Source: Longimicrobiales bacterium
GTDB lineage: Bacteria > Gemmatimonadota > Gemmatimonadetes > Longimicrobiales > Gaopeijiaceae
Length of the DNA: 64,000 bases
Assembly (NCBI GenBank): GCA_965202805.1
Contig: OZ241869.1
Span: 2,784,001 to 2,848,000, forward strand
Direction of reading: 5' to 3'
Numbering within the stretch: position 1 is the first letter of the stretch; every line of letters begins with the position of its first letter. Below are positions 20,114 to 30,018 of this stretch, piece by piece. Below the pieces are notes generated by a model. That model did not search any database, was not told where the DNA came from, and was given only the letters and a program-made list of their open reading frames with translations. The translations under genes and the position numbers were made by a program.

Positions 20114-23100
20114 ATGAGTCGTCGCGGGTTCTTCGTTGGTCTCGGTCTGTTTGCGTTCCTCCTCCTCACAGCGACTCCCGCGCTGGCGCAGGGCGGCACC
20201 ATCACCGGCACCGTCGTCCACGGCGAAACGCTTCGCCCGCTGGCCGGCGCACAGGTCTCGATCCCCGAAACCGGAATCGGCGCCGTGGCGAACAGCGAGG
20301 GACGCTACCTCTTCCTCAACGTGCCGGTTGGCATGCACCCGCTTCAGGTCCAGATGATCGGGTACGGCACGCAGCAGACCACGGTTACCGTGGCTTCGGG
20401 GGAAACCGCGACCGTGGACTTCCAACTCGACATCGAAGCTCTCGGTCTGGACGAGATCGTCGTCACCGGCACGGTCGGCACCATTCAACGCCGAGCAGTC
20501 GCCAACGTGGTCGGGACCATGAACGCGGCCGAGGCGCTCGAGACCAGCGCGCCAGCGAACATCCAGCAGATGCTGACCGGACAGATCCCCGGGGTGTCCG
20601 TCCAGGTCGGCAGCGGCTCGGTCGGGTCCGGCAGCGGCATCATCATCCGCGGACGCAGCACGGTGGCGCTTGGCACACAACCCCTGCTGTACATCGATGG
20701 GGTCCGCGCCAACGGTGGCGTTGTCGGCTTCGGTCCCTGGACGAGCGACGGCACTTCCCGTCTCAATGATCTCAACCCGGAGGAAATAGAGCGGATCGAG
20801 ATCATCAAGGGCCCGGCGGCCGCCACCCTCTACGGCACGGAAGCCTCGGCCGGCGTGATCCAGGTCATCACCAAGAAGGGCGTTCCGGGTCGCGCAACGG
20901 TCGAGGTCGTCGCCCGGCAGGGCGCCAACTGGTTCCACAATCCGGGCGGACGGCTCCCGACCAACTACGGGATCGCCTCGGACGGACGGACCATCATCTC
21001 CCAGCATCCCTACCAGGACGAGGCGGCGGCGGGTCGCGACGTCTTCCGCACCGGAATGGTCCAGGGGTATGTGGTGAACGTCAGGGGCGGACGAGACAAT
21101 CTCACGTACTATTTCTCGGGAGCCTTCGACGACGAGGAAGGCTACCTGCCCAACAACGACAAGACCCGGACCAACGTACGGGCGAATGTTCAGGCGGCCG
21201 TGACGGACGAGCTCGACATGGCCGTCGATCTCGGCGTCGTTCGGAGTCTGAGGCACACGGCGAGGGACATCGATTTCGGCCTGATCGCCACCCACCAGTT
21301 CGGTTCTCCCGTCACCCAGGACACGCCGTTGCGGGGGTTCTCCAATGCTCCTCCTGAAATCACCGCGCTGCGCGACTGGCAGGACCGGCTGAACCGGGGC
21401 ACGGTTTCGACCACGATCAACCACCGACCGACCGACTGGTTGAGCCAGAGAGTCGTCTGGGGACTGGACTTCACCGACTCCAGGCTTTCGACCTTCGTGC
21501 CCCGCATGCCGGACACCGAGGAGGCTTCATACTTCGGCTTCCACGGTTCGGAGGGCGGGGGCCAGGGTGCGAAGGGTGTTGAGGAGAAACGCGACGTGAA
21601 CCAGACGTTCGACTACAACCTCACCGCGTCGTTCGAGCCGTTCTCCGAGGTCACCGCGGCATCGTCGTTCGGGATACAGTATTTCACGCGCGAGTTCCGG
21701 GTGACTTCCGCGAGCGCCATCCAGATGCCGACCCCGGCTGTGTCCACGGTCTCTTCCGGATCGGTGGCAACAGGCGGAGAGTCCTACGTCGCGAACAAGA
21801 CCTTTGGCGTCTTCGGCCAGCAGACGGTCGGATGGCGGGAACAGCTGTTCCTTACCGCCGCGTTGCGCGCCGACGCCAACAGCGCCTTTGGCGAATCCTT
21901 CAACGCCGCCTACTACCCCAAGCTGAGTGGAAGCTGGGTGATCAGCGACGCCGAGTTCTTCAACCTTCCAACCGTCGAGACCCTTCGCCTGCGGGCCGCG
22001 TGGGGAAGGTCGGGGATGCAGCCGGACGCGTTCGCGGCGGTCCGGACCTATGTCCCGTCCGTGGGGCCCGGCAACGTGCCCACCGTGAGGCCCGGGGAAG
22101 TGGGCAATCCGGACCTCAAGCCCGAGGTCGGGTCGGAGCTGGAGGTGGGGTTTGATGCCAGCCTTCTCGGGGACCACGTCAACCTTGAGGTGACCCACTA
22201 CCGGCAGACAACGAACGACGCGATCCTGATCGCCGCGTCGGCGCCGTCGGGCGGCTTCTCCAGCAGCCGCTTCGTCAACGCCGGCAGGGTGGAGAACAAC
22301 GGCTGGGAGCTGTCGCTCACCGCGCGCCCCATCCAGACGCGGGCGTTGGGCTTCAGCCTGACCGGCACCGTCTCTCACAACACGAACCTGCTTGCGGACA
22401 ACGGCGGGCTCCCGCCTCTGCAGATCGACCGGCGGGGCCGTTTCCAGCACATCGAGGGCTGGCCCCTCGGCGCAAACTGGAGTCGGCATGTGGCTTCCGC
22501 GCAGTGGGGTGGGCCTCAGGGCCGGAACCTGGTCAACATCATGTGCCATGGAGGGCCGCCGGGCGTCTTCAACATGGACGAGTCCGAGATCGGCCAGCAT
22601 CCGCCGGTCCCCTGCGGAAACGCGCCCTACTTCTTCACCGCCCAGGCTGGACCCGGATGGCTGGGCAGCCTCTCCTCGCAGCTGACGCTCGGCGACAACC
22701 TGACGCTCAATGCACTGTTCACGTGGTACGCGGACCGTACCAGGTTCAGCACCACGCAGTGGAAGCGGGACAACTCGTTCGGGAACTCGCTCCAGGGGGC
22801 CCAGGCCCGCATCGGCGAACTCGATCCGATCCTGGCGGCCTCATTCCTGACGGCTGGAGTGGAGTGGCCGCACCACCAGCGGGAAGACCACATCCGCCTG
22901 CGCGACGTATCTCTCAGCTACAGCCTGCCGACCAGCCTGGTAGAGGGCTTCGGGATGTCGCGGGCAACCCTGACGGTGACCGGGCGAAACCTGTGGACCC
23001 CATATGTTCACGAGAGCTTCACCGATCTCGATCCGGAAGCGAAACACGCGCGGGACCGGGAGTACGGCTGGCAGCTCAATCCCCCACCCCTGCCACACTC

Positions 23101-23131
23101 CGTCATCACCACGCTGAGGGTGAGGTTCTGA
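20114..23131 (+). CDS. SusC/RagA-type TonB-linked outer membrane transporter
   Basis: LDEIVVTG, PLLYIDG, DLNPEEIERIEIIKGPAAATLYG..ASAGVI, GNPDLKPE; GAGGAGG RBS. Confidence 0.93.
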   Translation: MSRRGFFVGLGLFAFLLLTATPALAQGGTITGTVVHGETLRPLAGAQVSIPETGIGAVANSEGRYLFLNVPVGMHPLQVQMIGYGTQQTTVTVASGETATVDFQLDIEALGLDEIVVTGTVGTIQRRAVANVVGTMNAAEALETSAPANIQQMLTGQIPGVSVQVGSGSVGSGSGIIIRGRSTVALGTQPLLYIDGVRANGGVVGFGPWTSDGTSRLNDLNPEEIERIEIIKGPAAATLYGTEASAGVIQVITKKGVPGRATVEVVARQGANWFHNPGGRLPTNYGIASDGRTIISQHPYQDEAAAGRDVFRTGMVQGYVVNVRGGRDNLTYYFSGAFDDEEGYLPNNDKTRTNVRANVQAAVTDELDMAVDLGVVRSLRHTARDIDFGLIATHQFGSPVTQDTPLRGFSNAPPEITALRDWQDRLNRGTVSTTINHRPTDWLSQRVVWGLDFTDSRLSTFVPRMPDTEEASYFGFHGSEGGGQGAKGVEEKRDVNQTFDYNLTASFEPFSEVTAASSFGIQYFTREFRVTSASAIQMPTPAVSTVSSGSVATGGESYVANKTFGVFGQQTVGWREQLFLTAALRADANSAFGESFNAAYYPKLSGSWVISDAEFFNLPTVETLRLRAAWGRSGMQPDAFAAVRTYVPSVGPGNVPTVRPGEVGNPDLKPEVGSELEVGFDASLLGDHVNLEVTHYRQTTNDAILIAASAPSGGFSSSRFVNAGRVENNGWELSLTARPIQTRALGFSLTGTVSHNTNLLADNGGLPPLQIDRRGRFQHIEGWPLGANWSRHVASAQWGGPQGRNLVNIMCHGGPPGVFNMDESEIGQHPPVPCGNAPYFFTAQAGPGWLGSLSSQLTLGDNLTLNALFTWYADRTRFSTTQWKRDNSFGNSLQGAQARIGELDPILAASFLTAGVEWPHHQREDHIRLRDVSLSYSLPTSLVEGFGMSRATLTVTGRNLWTPYVHESFTDLDPEAKHARDREYGWQLNPPPLPHSVITTLRVRF

Positions 23132-23208
23132 TGATCCGCCGTCAGCCGAGTGACCGAGCACGAAACAGTTTCCTGCCCGCGCTGCCGGCAGGAGGAAGAG
23201 GGGGTCGC

Positions 23209-24462
23209 ATGCGCAATCGATTTCAATACCATCGCGGTTATCACCTGAGCGTTGGCGGGCTGACGCTGATTCTGACGCTGTCGCTCCTCGGGTGTGACAA
23301 CCTTCTGGAAGTGGAACTCCCCGGTGCCACGACTGCCGAAGCACTGGACGATCCGGGGTTCGCCACGTTGCTGACCACCAGCGTCCAGGGTGAGTTCGAG
23401 TGTGCGTACTCCAGCTTCATCTGGGGCACATCTCACCTGGGCGGCGAGATCATCGGCGGATTCGTCGAGGCGGGGGGCGCCGAGTGGCTCCAGCGCAACG
23501 TCACGCCGGCGAGCAGTGACTATGTCGGGAGCGGCTGCGGCGGCACCGGCGTGTACGCGCCGATGGCGACGGCTCGCGCACTTGCGGACGACGTCATCGG
23601 GAGGCTCCAAGCCTGGACGGACCAGGAGGTGGCGGGCCGAGGCGAGCTGCTCGCGAAGGCCAACCTGTACGCGGGGTTCAACTACGTCATCTTCGGCGAC
23701 GCAATGTGCACCGCGGCCTTCGACAACGGCCCTGAGCTGCAGCCGGCGGCCATGTTCGAACTGGCGAAGGACCGCTTCAGCGAGGCCACCTCGGCGAGCG
23801 ATGCCCAGATCAGGAATGCCGCCTATGTCGGACTCGCCCGGGCCAATCTCTCGCTGGGAGACAATCAGGCGGCGCTCTCCGCAGCCGAGCAGGTCTCGCG
23901 CGGCTTCAGCTACGACGTGACCCGCTCGTCCGCCAACAACGCCCGCCGGAATATCATCTACCTGAACAACAACCAGAATCGCAGGATTTCCGTCGACCCG
24001 CACTACTGGGACGTGACCTGGATGGGCGTTCCCGATCCCAGGGTGGACGTCACGAACACGGGCGGCAAGACAACCGACGGCGTGACGGACCTGTGGCTCC
24101 AGACCAAATACGGTTCGGATTCGTCGCCTTACCGGCTCGCGAGCCATGTGGAGGCCCAGTTGATCATCGCCGAGGTCGCGGGAGGCCAGAGGGCCGTCGA
24201 CATCATCAACGAGCTGCACGCCGCCGCGGGAATCCCACCCTTTGAGGGCGGTTCAGAGGCCGAGATCCGGGCTCAGGTCATCGAGGAACGGCGGCGCGAG
24301 TTCTTCCTGGAGGGGAGGAGGTTCGGCGACCTGCGCCGCTACGGCGGGTTTGACGAGTGGACCAAGGGCACGCATCCGTTCACCCCCATCACATATGGGG
24401 GCAACGAGTGCATGCCCCTGCCCAATGTGGAGCGATTCAACAATCCCAGCCTCTCGGGCTGA
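23209..24462 (+). CDS. RagB/SusD-family lipoprotein
   Basis: LLGC lipobox; EERRREFFLEGRRFGDLRR; follows susC. Confidence 0.9.
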   Translation: MRNRFQYHRGYHLSVGGLTLILTLSLLGCDNLLEVELPGATTAEALDDPGFATLLTTSVQGEFECAYSSFIWGTSHLGGEIIGGFVEAGGAEWLQRNVTPASSDYVGSGCGGTGVYAPMATARALADDVIGRLQAWTDQEVAGRGELLAKANLYAGFNYVIFGDAMCTAAFDNGPELQPAAMFELAKDRFSEATSASDAQIRNAAYVGLARANLSLGDNQAALSAAEQVSRGFSYDVTRSSANNARRNIIYLNNNQNRRISVDPHYWDVTWMGVPDPRVDVTNTGGKTTDGVTDLWLQTKYGSDSSPYRLASHVEAQLIIAEVAGGQRAVDIINELHAAAGIPPFEGGSEAEIRAQVIEERRREFFLEGRRFGDLRRYGGFDEWTKGTHPFTPITYGGNECMPLPNVERFNNPSLSG

Positions 24463-24542
24463 AGGGTGAATTGAGACACGCTTCGCGGGCCCCCCGAAAC
24501 CGGGTGCCGGCGGGCGCGCGCGTTTCCCGAGCGATCTGCAGA

Positions 24543-25052
24543 ATGCTGCTCGCAAGAGACTTCCCGATCCGAAAGTACGTCTGCGTGGCTGCCGTCCAGT
24601 TCCTCTGTTCGGGATGCTTCGGCTATGTCACGGCGGAGCGCGGGACCGTGCCGCCTGGCGAGAGGGTGCGTGTACACCTGACGCAGGAAGGGCTTGACGA
24701 CCTGGTGGAGTTCGCTCCTGGCCTCACGATGGACGGCACGCTCGTTCGGGCCGACAGCGACCAGCTCATCCTGCGCGTCTCGGTCGTGGACCAGACGGTC
24801 GGGATCATGACGAGATCCCTGGGGCAGGACCTGACGATCCCGGCCAGCCGTATCGCTCGACTGGAGCAGCGCGAGCTCGACCGCAGGCGAACCTGGCTGA
24901 CCGCCGGGGTCGGCGCCGCCGCCGTGGCCGCGATTCTGACGAGCTTCGGGGAAGGGGTCCCGAACCCCGAGCTTCCACCTGTGGAGGAGGATCCCGCCGG
25001 ATTCACAGCTTTGAGAGCGGCGATCTCGCTGTTTATGATTCGGGCCCGTTAG
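24543..25052 (+). CDS. Hypothetical lipoprotein with C-terminal hydrophobic helix
   Basis: SGCFGY lipobox-like motif; paralogous to 43259-43786. Confidence 0.65.
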   Translation: MLLARDFPIRKYVCVAAVQFLCSGCFGYVTAERGTVPPGERVRVHLTQEGLDDLVEFAPGLTMDGTLVRADSDQLILRVSVVDQTVGIMTRSLGQDLTIPASRIARLEQRELDRRRTWLTAGVGAAAVAAILTSFGEGVPNPELPPVEEDPAGFTALRAAISLFMIRAR

Positions 25053-25063
25053 CGCGGAAACCC

Positions 25064-26917
25064 ATGATGAACCCGGAAGCACGTCCGGCAGCGCGCGGCT
25101 CCTCGCCCTCCTTGCGTTCGAGTTGGGCACCAGCGGTTCTCACGACGCTGATCTGCGCGACGGCGGCCAGCGCCCAGGAGCCTCCGTCCGGTTGGGAGGA
25201 GATGGTCGCCTCCGAGGAAGCCATCGTCCAGGTCTCGCCGCACATCAAGCGCCTCGGCCACTCGACCCTGAACCTCCACCTCCCCGACGAGTCCACCCGG
25301 ACGGTGTTCGGAGACGTCGTCAAGGTCGTGGATCTCCTGTCGGTCGAACCCCGAGGCGGGAATGCGCTCGGCGTGGTCGGGGGGGCTTCCCATGAGCCGG
25401 GGGCGCGTGACGTTGCCCGACGGGATCTGGCCCTGTGGCGACCGCTCCTGGACCACGTCGAGTACTTCGACCATGCGAAGTTCGAGGTGATCCGCGGCCA
25501 ACTGCTCGCGGACAACCCGGGACGCCTCGAGACCGACCTGGGCTTCGAAGCCCTGGCACGCGTCCCGGACGGTCGGCTCTGGTTGCGTGGCGACCTGACC
25601 GTCACATGGGCGGCCGGGGCCCCGCTGGAAAAGGACGGGCCGGCCACCTGGAGCATCGTGGAGTGGCGAACCGGAGAGCTGCGGGCCATGGCGGCCGACC
25701 GCCTCCTCTTCGCCGAGATCCTGGATCAGGCCCTGGAGCCCGAAGCGCTGGGCCCGGCCCGTCGCTCGATACACGAGGAGTTCGTCCTCGAGTACCTGCT
25801 CGATCCGGACGGCTTCCAGCGTCCCACGCCCTATTTCGATGTGCAGTCGGCGGATCGGCATCCGGGGATTGCGGTCACGGATGTGAACGGCGACGGCTTC
25901 GACGATGTGTACGTCATGGCACGCTGGGGTCCGAACCAGTTCTTCCAGAACCAGGGCGACGGAACCTTCGAGGAAGTCGCCGCGAGGATCGGCCTCGACG
26001 TGTCCCATTTCACTTCGTCGGCGCTGTTCGCCGACTTCGACAACGACGGCGACCAGGACGTCTTTATCGGCCGGACGCTGCAGCCGAGCGTCTACCTGGT
26101 GAACGAAGGAGGTCGCTTCGTCGATCGTTCGCTCGACCTGTCCGACGACCCGCTGCCGGCACTCGTCTCGTCGGTCTCGGCCGCCGACTACGATGGCGAC
26201 GGCCTGCTCGACCTCTACGTCTCCACCTTCGCCGCCGCCCTGCATCCGATCGAGACGATGGCGTTCCTCGACCAGCTCGACGGACAGCGTCTGTGGGCGC
26301 TCGCGACCGGCGGCGAGAGTCACGTCATCAAGAACAAGTTCGGGCCCCCCAACGTCCTCTTGCGGAACCGGGGCGGCGGCCGGTTCGCACGCGAGGAGAA
26401 CACCGCGCTCAACCTCTTCAGAAACACCTACCAGTCCACCTGGGCCGACTACGACAATGACGGCGACATGGACGTCTACGTCGTGAACGACTTCGCGCCC
26501 AACAACCTCTACCGGAACGACGGCGGGGGCGCGTTCACGGACGTCACGGCGCCGACCGGGACGGCCGACCTCGGCTTCGGCATGGGGGCATCGTGGGGAG
26601 ACTATGACGCCGACGGCCTGCAGGACCTCTATGTGACGAACATGCACAGCAAGGCAGGCCTGCGGATCGCCGCGCGGCTGAACGACGTCGACGGGAACTT
26701 CACGCGGATGGCCCGTGGCAATACTCTGTTCCGAAACCGGATGGACGGGTTCGAGCAGGTCTCCAGCCTCGAGCGACCCGGATTGCCGGTTGAGGCGGCC
26801 GGATGGGGATGGGGAAGCCAGTTTGTCGACCTGGACAACGACTCGGATCTCGACATCCATGCCTTGAGCGGGTTCTATACCGCTCCATCGGCGGTCGAGC
26901 TGCCCATCGACATATGA
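25064..26917 (+). CDS. FG-GAP/VCBS repeat protein; N-terminal part of a CRTAC1/ASPIC-UnbV-type protein, ending at an in-frame TGA
   Basis: Multiple DxDxDGxxD repeats; signal peptide; frame continues past TGA 26915-26917. Confidence 0.85.
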   Translation: MMNPEARPAARGSSPSLRSSWAPAVLTTLICATAASAQEPPSGWEEMVASEEAIVQVSPHIKRLGHSTLNLHLPDESTRTVFGDVVKVVDLLSVEPRGGNALGVVGGASHEPGARDVARRDLALWRPLLDHVEYFDHAKFEVIRGQLLADNPGRLETDLGFEALARVPDGRLWLRGDLTVTWAAGAPLEKDGPATWSIVEWRTGELRAMAADRLLFAEILDQALEPEALGPARRSIHEEFVLEYLLDPDGFQRPTPYFDVQSADRHPGIAVTDVNGDGFDDVYVMARWGPNQFFQNQGDGTFEEVAARIGLDVSHFTSSALFADFDNDGDQDVFIGRTLQPSVYLVNEGGRFVDRSLDLSDDPLPALVSSVSAADYDGDGLLDLYVSTFAAALHPIETMAFLDQLDGQRLWALATGGESHVIKNKFGPPNVLLRNRGGGRFAREENTALNLFRNTYQSTWADYDNDGDMDVYVVNDFAPNNLYRNDGGGAFTDVTAPTGTADLGFGMGASWGDYDADGLQDLYVTNMHSKAGLRIAARLNDVDGNFTRMARGNTLFRNRMDGFEQVSSLERPGLPVEAAGWGWGSQFVDLDNDSDLDIHALSGFYTAPSAVELPIDI

Positions 26918-28066
26918 ACTGACTACTGGCGCGCAGTTGTGCGCTCGGACGAACATCCAGGGGCGCTTCAGCTCGAAACCGACCTCTATTCGAGAGCGAC
27001 GGAACGGCTCCAGTCGGGAGCATCGTTCAGCGGACACGAGCGCAATCACGTCTTTCTCAACCAGAACGGAGACGACTACGTCGAGGTCTCCGGAATCTCC
27101 GGTCTGGATCATCCCGGAGACAGCAGGGCCTTCGCCGTTCTCGACTTTGATCGGGACGGGTGGCAGGACATCGTGGTGGTCAACGCGAACGCACCGCTGT
27201 TTCAGCTGTTCCGGAACCAGATGGGCGAACGTGGTGATCCGGGAGGAATGGTGGCGATTCGCTTCGAGGGTGGAAACCGGTATGCGTTCCCCACCGGCCA
27301 GTGGAGCAGCCGCGATGCCTATGGCGCCCGGGTAGTCCTCGAGGTCCGGGGCCGCGAACTGCTGCGCGAGCATCGCGCGGGCGAAGGTCTCGCCGCGCAG
27401 AACTCGGCGTCGCTGCACATCGGCATCGGCACCGCGGAAGAGGTCGCCAGGCTCAAAATCGACTGGCCGTCAGGCCGGCGGTCCGACACCACGGCCGTCC
27501 CCGCGGGGACGCTGGTCACCGCCTACGAGGATCCTTCGGCTTCGCCCACGGGGGCTCCGTTCGTCCTGACACCGTACCGGGCACGCGGCCGGCTGCCCAC
27601 GGTGACCTCGCCCGTGAAGGCCGTGGAGACCGTCAATGCCGTGCAAGGGCCGATCCGCGCCGCGCAAGACGTCCTTCCCGGCGAACGCGGCCGTCTCATC
27701 CTGTATTCGACCGTGGCCACATGGTGCGCCCCGTGCCTCGATGAGCTTCCGGGCCTCGACCTCCTCAGAGCCTCCTTCACAGGCGCGGAGCTGGAGATCT
27801 TCGGGGTGCCCTACGACCCGGAAGAGACGCCGGAGATCCTGGCCGCCTGGTCGGAGCGATACGAGCCACCATACCGCATCCTCTCCGAGCTGAACCCCGG
27901 GCAGCGCGATGCGGTGATTCACGGCGCACTCGACGTCTTGCGCATCGATGGGCTTCCCGCAACCGTCGTAACCGATTCGGAGGGCGAGGTACTTGTCGTG
28001 CGCTGGGGACCGCCGTCGGTCTCGGAGCTGCGCGTCCTTCTCGAGAATCAGGAGAACGGCAGGTGA
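26918..28066 (+). CDS. FG-GAP + ASPIC/UnbV + thioredoxin-like (TlpA) domains; C-terminal part, same frame as the preceding ORF
   Basis: SFSGHERN, DFDRDGWQD, DAYGARV..AQNS..LHIGIG..WPSG, WCAPC. Confidence 0.82.
   Translation, partial: TDYWRAVVRSDEHPGALQLETDLYSRATERLQSGASFSGHERNHVFLNQNGDDYVEVSGISGLDHPGDSRAFAVLDFDRDGWQDIVVVNANAPLFQLFRNQMGERGDPGGMVAIRFEGGNRYAFPTGQWSSRDAYGARVVLEVRGRELLREHRAGEGLAAQNSASLHIGIGTAEEVARLKIDWPSGRRSDTTAVPAGTLVTAYEDPSASPTGAPFVLTPYRARGRLPTVTSPVKAVETVNAVQGPIRAAQDVLPGERGRLILYSTVATWCAPCLDELPGLDLLRASFTGAELEIFGVPYDPEETPEILAAWSERYEPPYRILSELNPGQRDAVIHGALDVLRIDGLPATVVTDSEGEVLVVRWGPPSVSELRVLLENQENGR
26928..26945 (+). promoter_or_regulatory. Candidate bacterial SECIS hairpin
   Basis: GGCGCGC-AGTT-GTGCGCT stem-loop starting at the 11th nt after the TGA. 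Confidence 0.5.
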
Positions 28067-28593
28067 TCGGAGGCACGGCATCCTCGTGGTTCGGACAGAT
28101 TCTGCGGAGGGCTGCTCCGGCGTTCGCAGCTCTCGTCCCGATGCTGACGGCGGCGCCTGTTCAGGCACAGGTGCGCCTGGACGGACCGGGGCCGCGGCGT
28201 CCTTCCGTCTCCGCCGAGGTGGTGCGGGGAAGCACCGTGCGGCGCCCGGATTCCCTGTCGCTCCGGATCTCGGTGGAGGTCCCCGGCGCGCATCATGGGT
28301 ACATCGACAAGGGGGACGACGGGTTTTTCATTCCGTTCTCGTTCTCTTTCCCCGATTTCGAGGGATCCGGGGTCGGGGTCGAGATGACCGACGCGCCAGC
28401 CGGTACGAGAGACGACTCGGTAAGGGCGCAGGTGCTCAGAGGCCGGGCCGAGTTCGGGTTTCTGCTCGTGCCGGCACCGGGACCTGGCACGGAGGCGACT
28501 GCCAACCTTCGATATCAGATCTGCAGCGACTTGACGCAGCGGTGTTATCCGCCCGCAAGGCTGCCCATCCCGATTGTCCTGGACGGGAGGTAG
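28063..28593 (+). CDS. DsbD N-terminal-domain-like periplasmic protein
   Basis: Signal peptide; H.Y motif; C-terminal YQICSDLTQRCYPP; GTGA overlap with the upstream gene. Confidence 0.75.
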   Translation: MIGGTASSWFGQILRRAAPAFAALVPMLTAAPVQAQVRLDGPGPRRPSVSAEVVRGSTVRRPDSLSLRISVEVPGAHHGYIDKGDDGFFIPFSFSFPDFEGSGVGVEMTDAPAGTRDDSVRAQVLRGRAEFGFLLVPAPGPGTEATANLRYQICSDLTQRCYPPARLPIPIVLDGR

Positions 28594-28626
28594 CGGTTGA
28601 CCGTTTATGCGGGCGGCGCGCAGGGC

Positions 28627-28698
28627 GATCCGGTCCACGCGCCGCCCCTGCCGGGAGAGCATGTGCCACGCCCGGCCGGACCCGGAGGACGCTGAAGC
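28627..28698 (+). repeat. 72-bp direct repeat, copy 2 (orphan amidase C-terminal remnant)
   Basis: Encodes DPVHAPPLPGEHVPRPAGPGGR* versus DPIHTPPLPGEHVPRPAGPGGR*. Confidence 0.88.
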
Positions 28699-28708
28699 CG
28701 GCTCCGGT

Positions 28709-29851
28709 TCAGGGAGACCGCACGTACTTGGTCAGCCCTCCGCCCGCGAACGGCCGCGAAATCGGGCCTTCGGCGGCGTAGACATTGCCGTCCGCGTCGA
28801 CTGCGACACCTTCTCCCGCGGCGCCATGAGGCCGGTCGTCCACCGGGTGCGGCGGAATGAACGCCGTGACTCTGTCTTCGCTGGCGTGGCCGACGCGGAT
28901 CCCGGTCATCCAGTCCGGATGGTTGTTCGGGTTCGACTCCGAGTCGATCGCGTACAGCATGTCGTTGTCGTCGATGAAGAGCCCGCTGATCCGGCTGAAC
29001 TGGTGGTAGGTATCGAGCAGGTTGCCTTCCTGGTCGAAGATCTGGATGCGGTGGTTGCCGCGGTCGGCCACGAAGAGGCGTCCCTGGGAGTCCAGCTCGA
29101 GGGCGTGCGGCGTCCGGAATTCTCCGGGTCCGGTACCGATCTGGCCCCACTCCATCATGTACTCGCCCTCGGGGCTGAACTTGATGATGCGCCCGGTCGC
29201 GCCGGGAGGAACGTTCGCGTTCTGGCCGCTGTGGCCGTCGGAGACGAAGATGTAGCCCTCGGGCGTGGTGATGACGTCGCAGGGCTGGTTGAAGTGATCC
29301 GCACCGCTCCCGGCGACACCGGCCGTTCCGAGCGTCATGAGGATCTCGCCCTCGGGGCTGAACTTGAAGACCTGATGGCCCTTGGTCTGCTCCGCGTCGC
29401 CCGATGAGTCGGTGACCCAGACGTTCCCGTCCTGATCCACGTGCAACCCGTGCGGGAGGATGAACAGCCCCGCTCCGAAGCTGGTGAGCACCTCGCCGGT
29501 TTCGCGGTCGAACTTGAGGATGGGATCCACGTCCGAGGTGCCGCAGCCGTCGGTGAGCGCGTTGCCGCCACAGCGGTCGTAGGCCCACAGCTGGCCGTCC
29601 GGCCCGATGTCCACGCCCGCGGTGGACCCCCATTCACGCTCATCCGGCAGCGGTCCGAAGCCGATGACGACCTCGGACGTGGGGTTGGGCAGATCGCCGG
29701 CCATGGCGGGATCGGTCACGTCGGCGGGGTTGGCCATTTCAGCCTCCGCGGATTCGTCCCCTCCGCTGTCGGCCGGAGCACAGGCCCATGCTCCGAGAAC
29801 GAGGACTATGGTGAGGCTGATGGCAAGGTTGGAGTCGTCGGTCGCGAACAT
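28709..29851 (-). CDS. NHL-repeat lipoprotein, peptidyl-alpha-hydroxyglycine amidating lyase-like
   Basis: PHGLHVD, FNQPCDV, PHAL..VADRGNHRIQIFD; AWAC lipobox. Confidence 0.85.
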   Translation of the reverse strand: MFATDDSNLAISLTIVLVLGAWACAPADSGGDESAEAEMANPADVTDPAMAGDLPNPTSEVVIGFGPLPDEREWGSTAGVDIGPDGQLWAYDRCGGNALTDGCGTSDVDPILKFDRETGEVLTSFGAGLFILPHGLHVDQDGNVWVTDSSGDAEQTKGHQVFKFSPEGEILMTLGTAGVAGSGADHFNQPCDVITTPEGYIFVSDGHSGQNANVPPGATGRIIKFSPEGEYMMEWGQIGTGPGEFRTPHALELDSQGRLFVADRGNHRIQIFDQEGNLLDTYHQFSRISGLFIDDNDMLYAIDSESNPNNHPDWMTGIRVGHASEDRVTAFIPPHPVDDRPHGAAGEGVAVDADGNVYAAEGPISRPFAGGGLTKYVRSP

Positions 29852-30018
29852 GAGGCACCTCCCGGTAACGAATGACCCGAACAGGCAATTTATGCCACGG
29901 GCGTGGGCCGGGCGAGCGAGGGTCCACGCGCGCGGATGGGGGCGTGGGGCGGGCTGACGACGGCGTCAGGGAGTCGGCTTCCTTCCGCTGATTTGCGGGC
30001 GGGGCCCGGCGATTCGAC

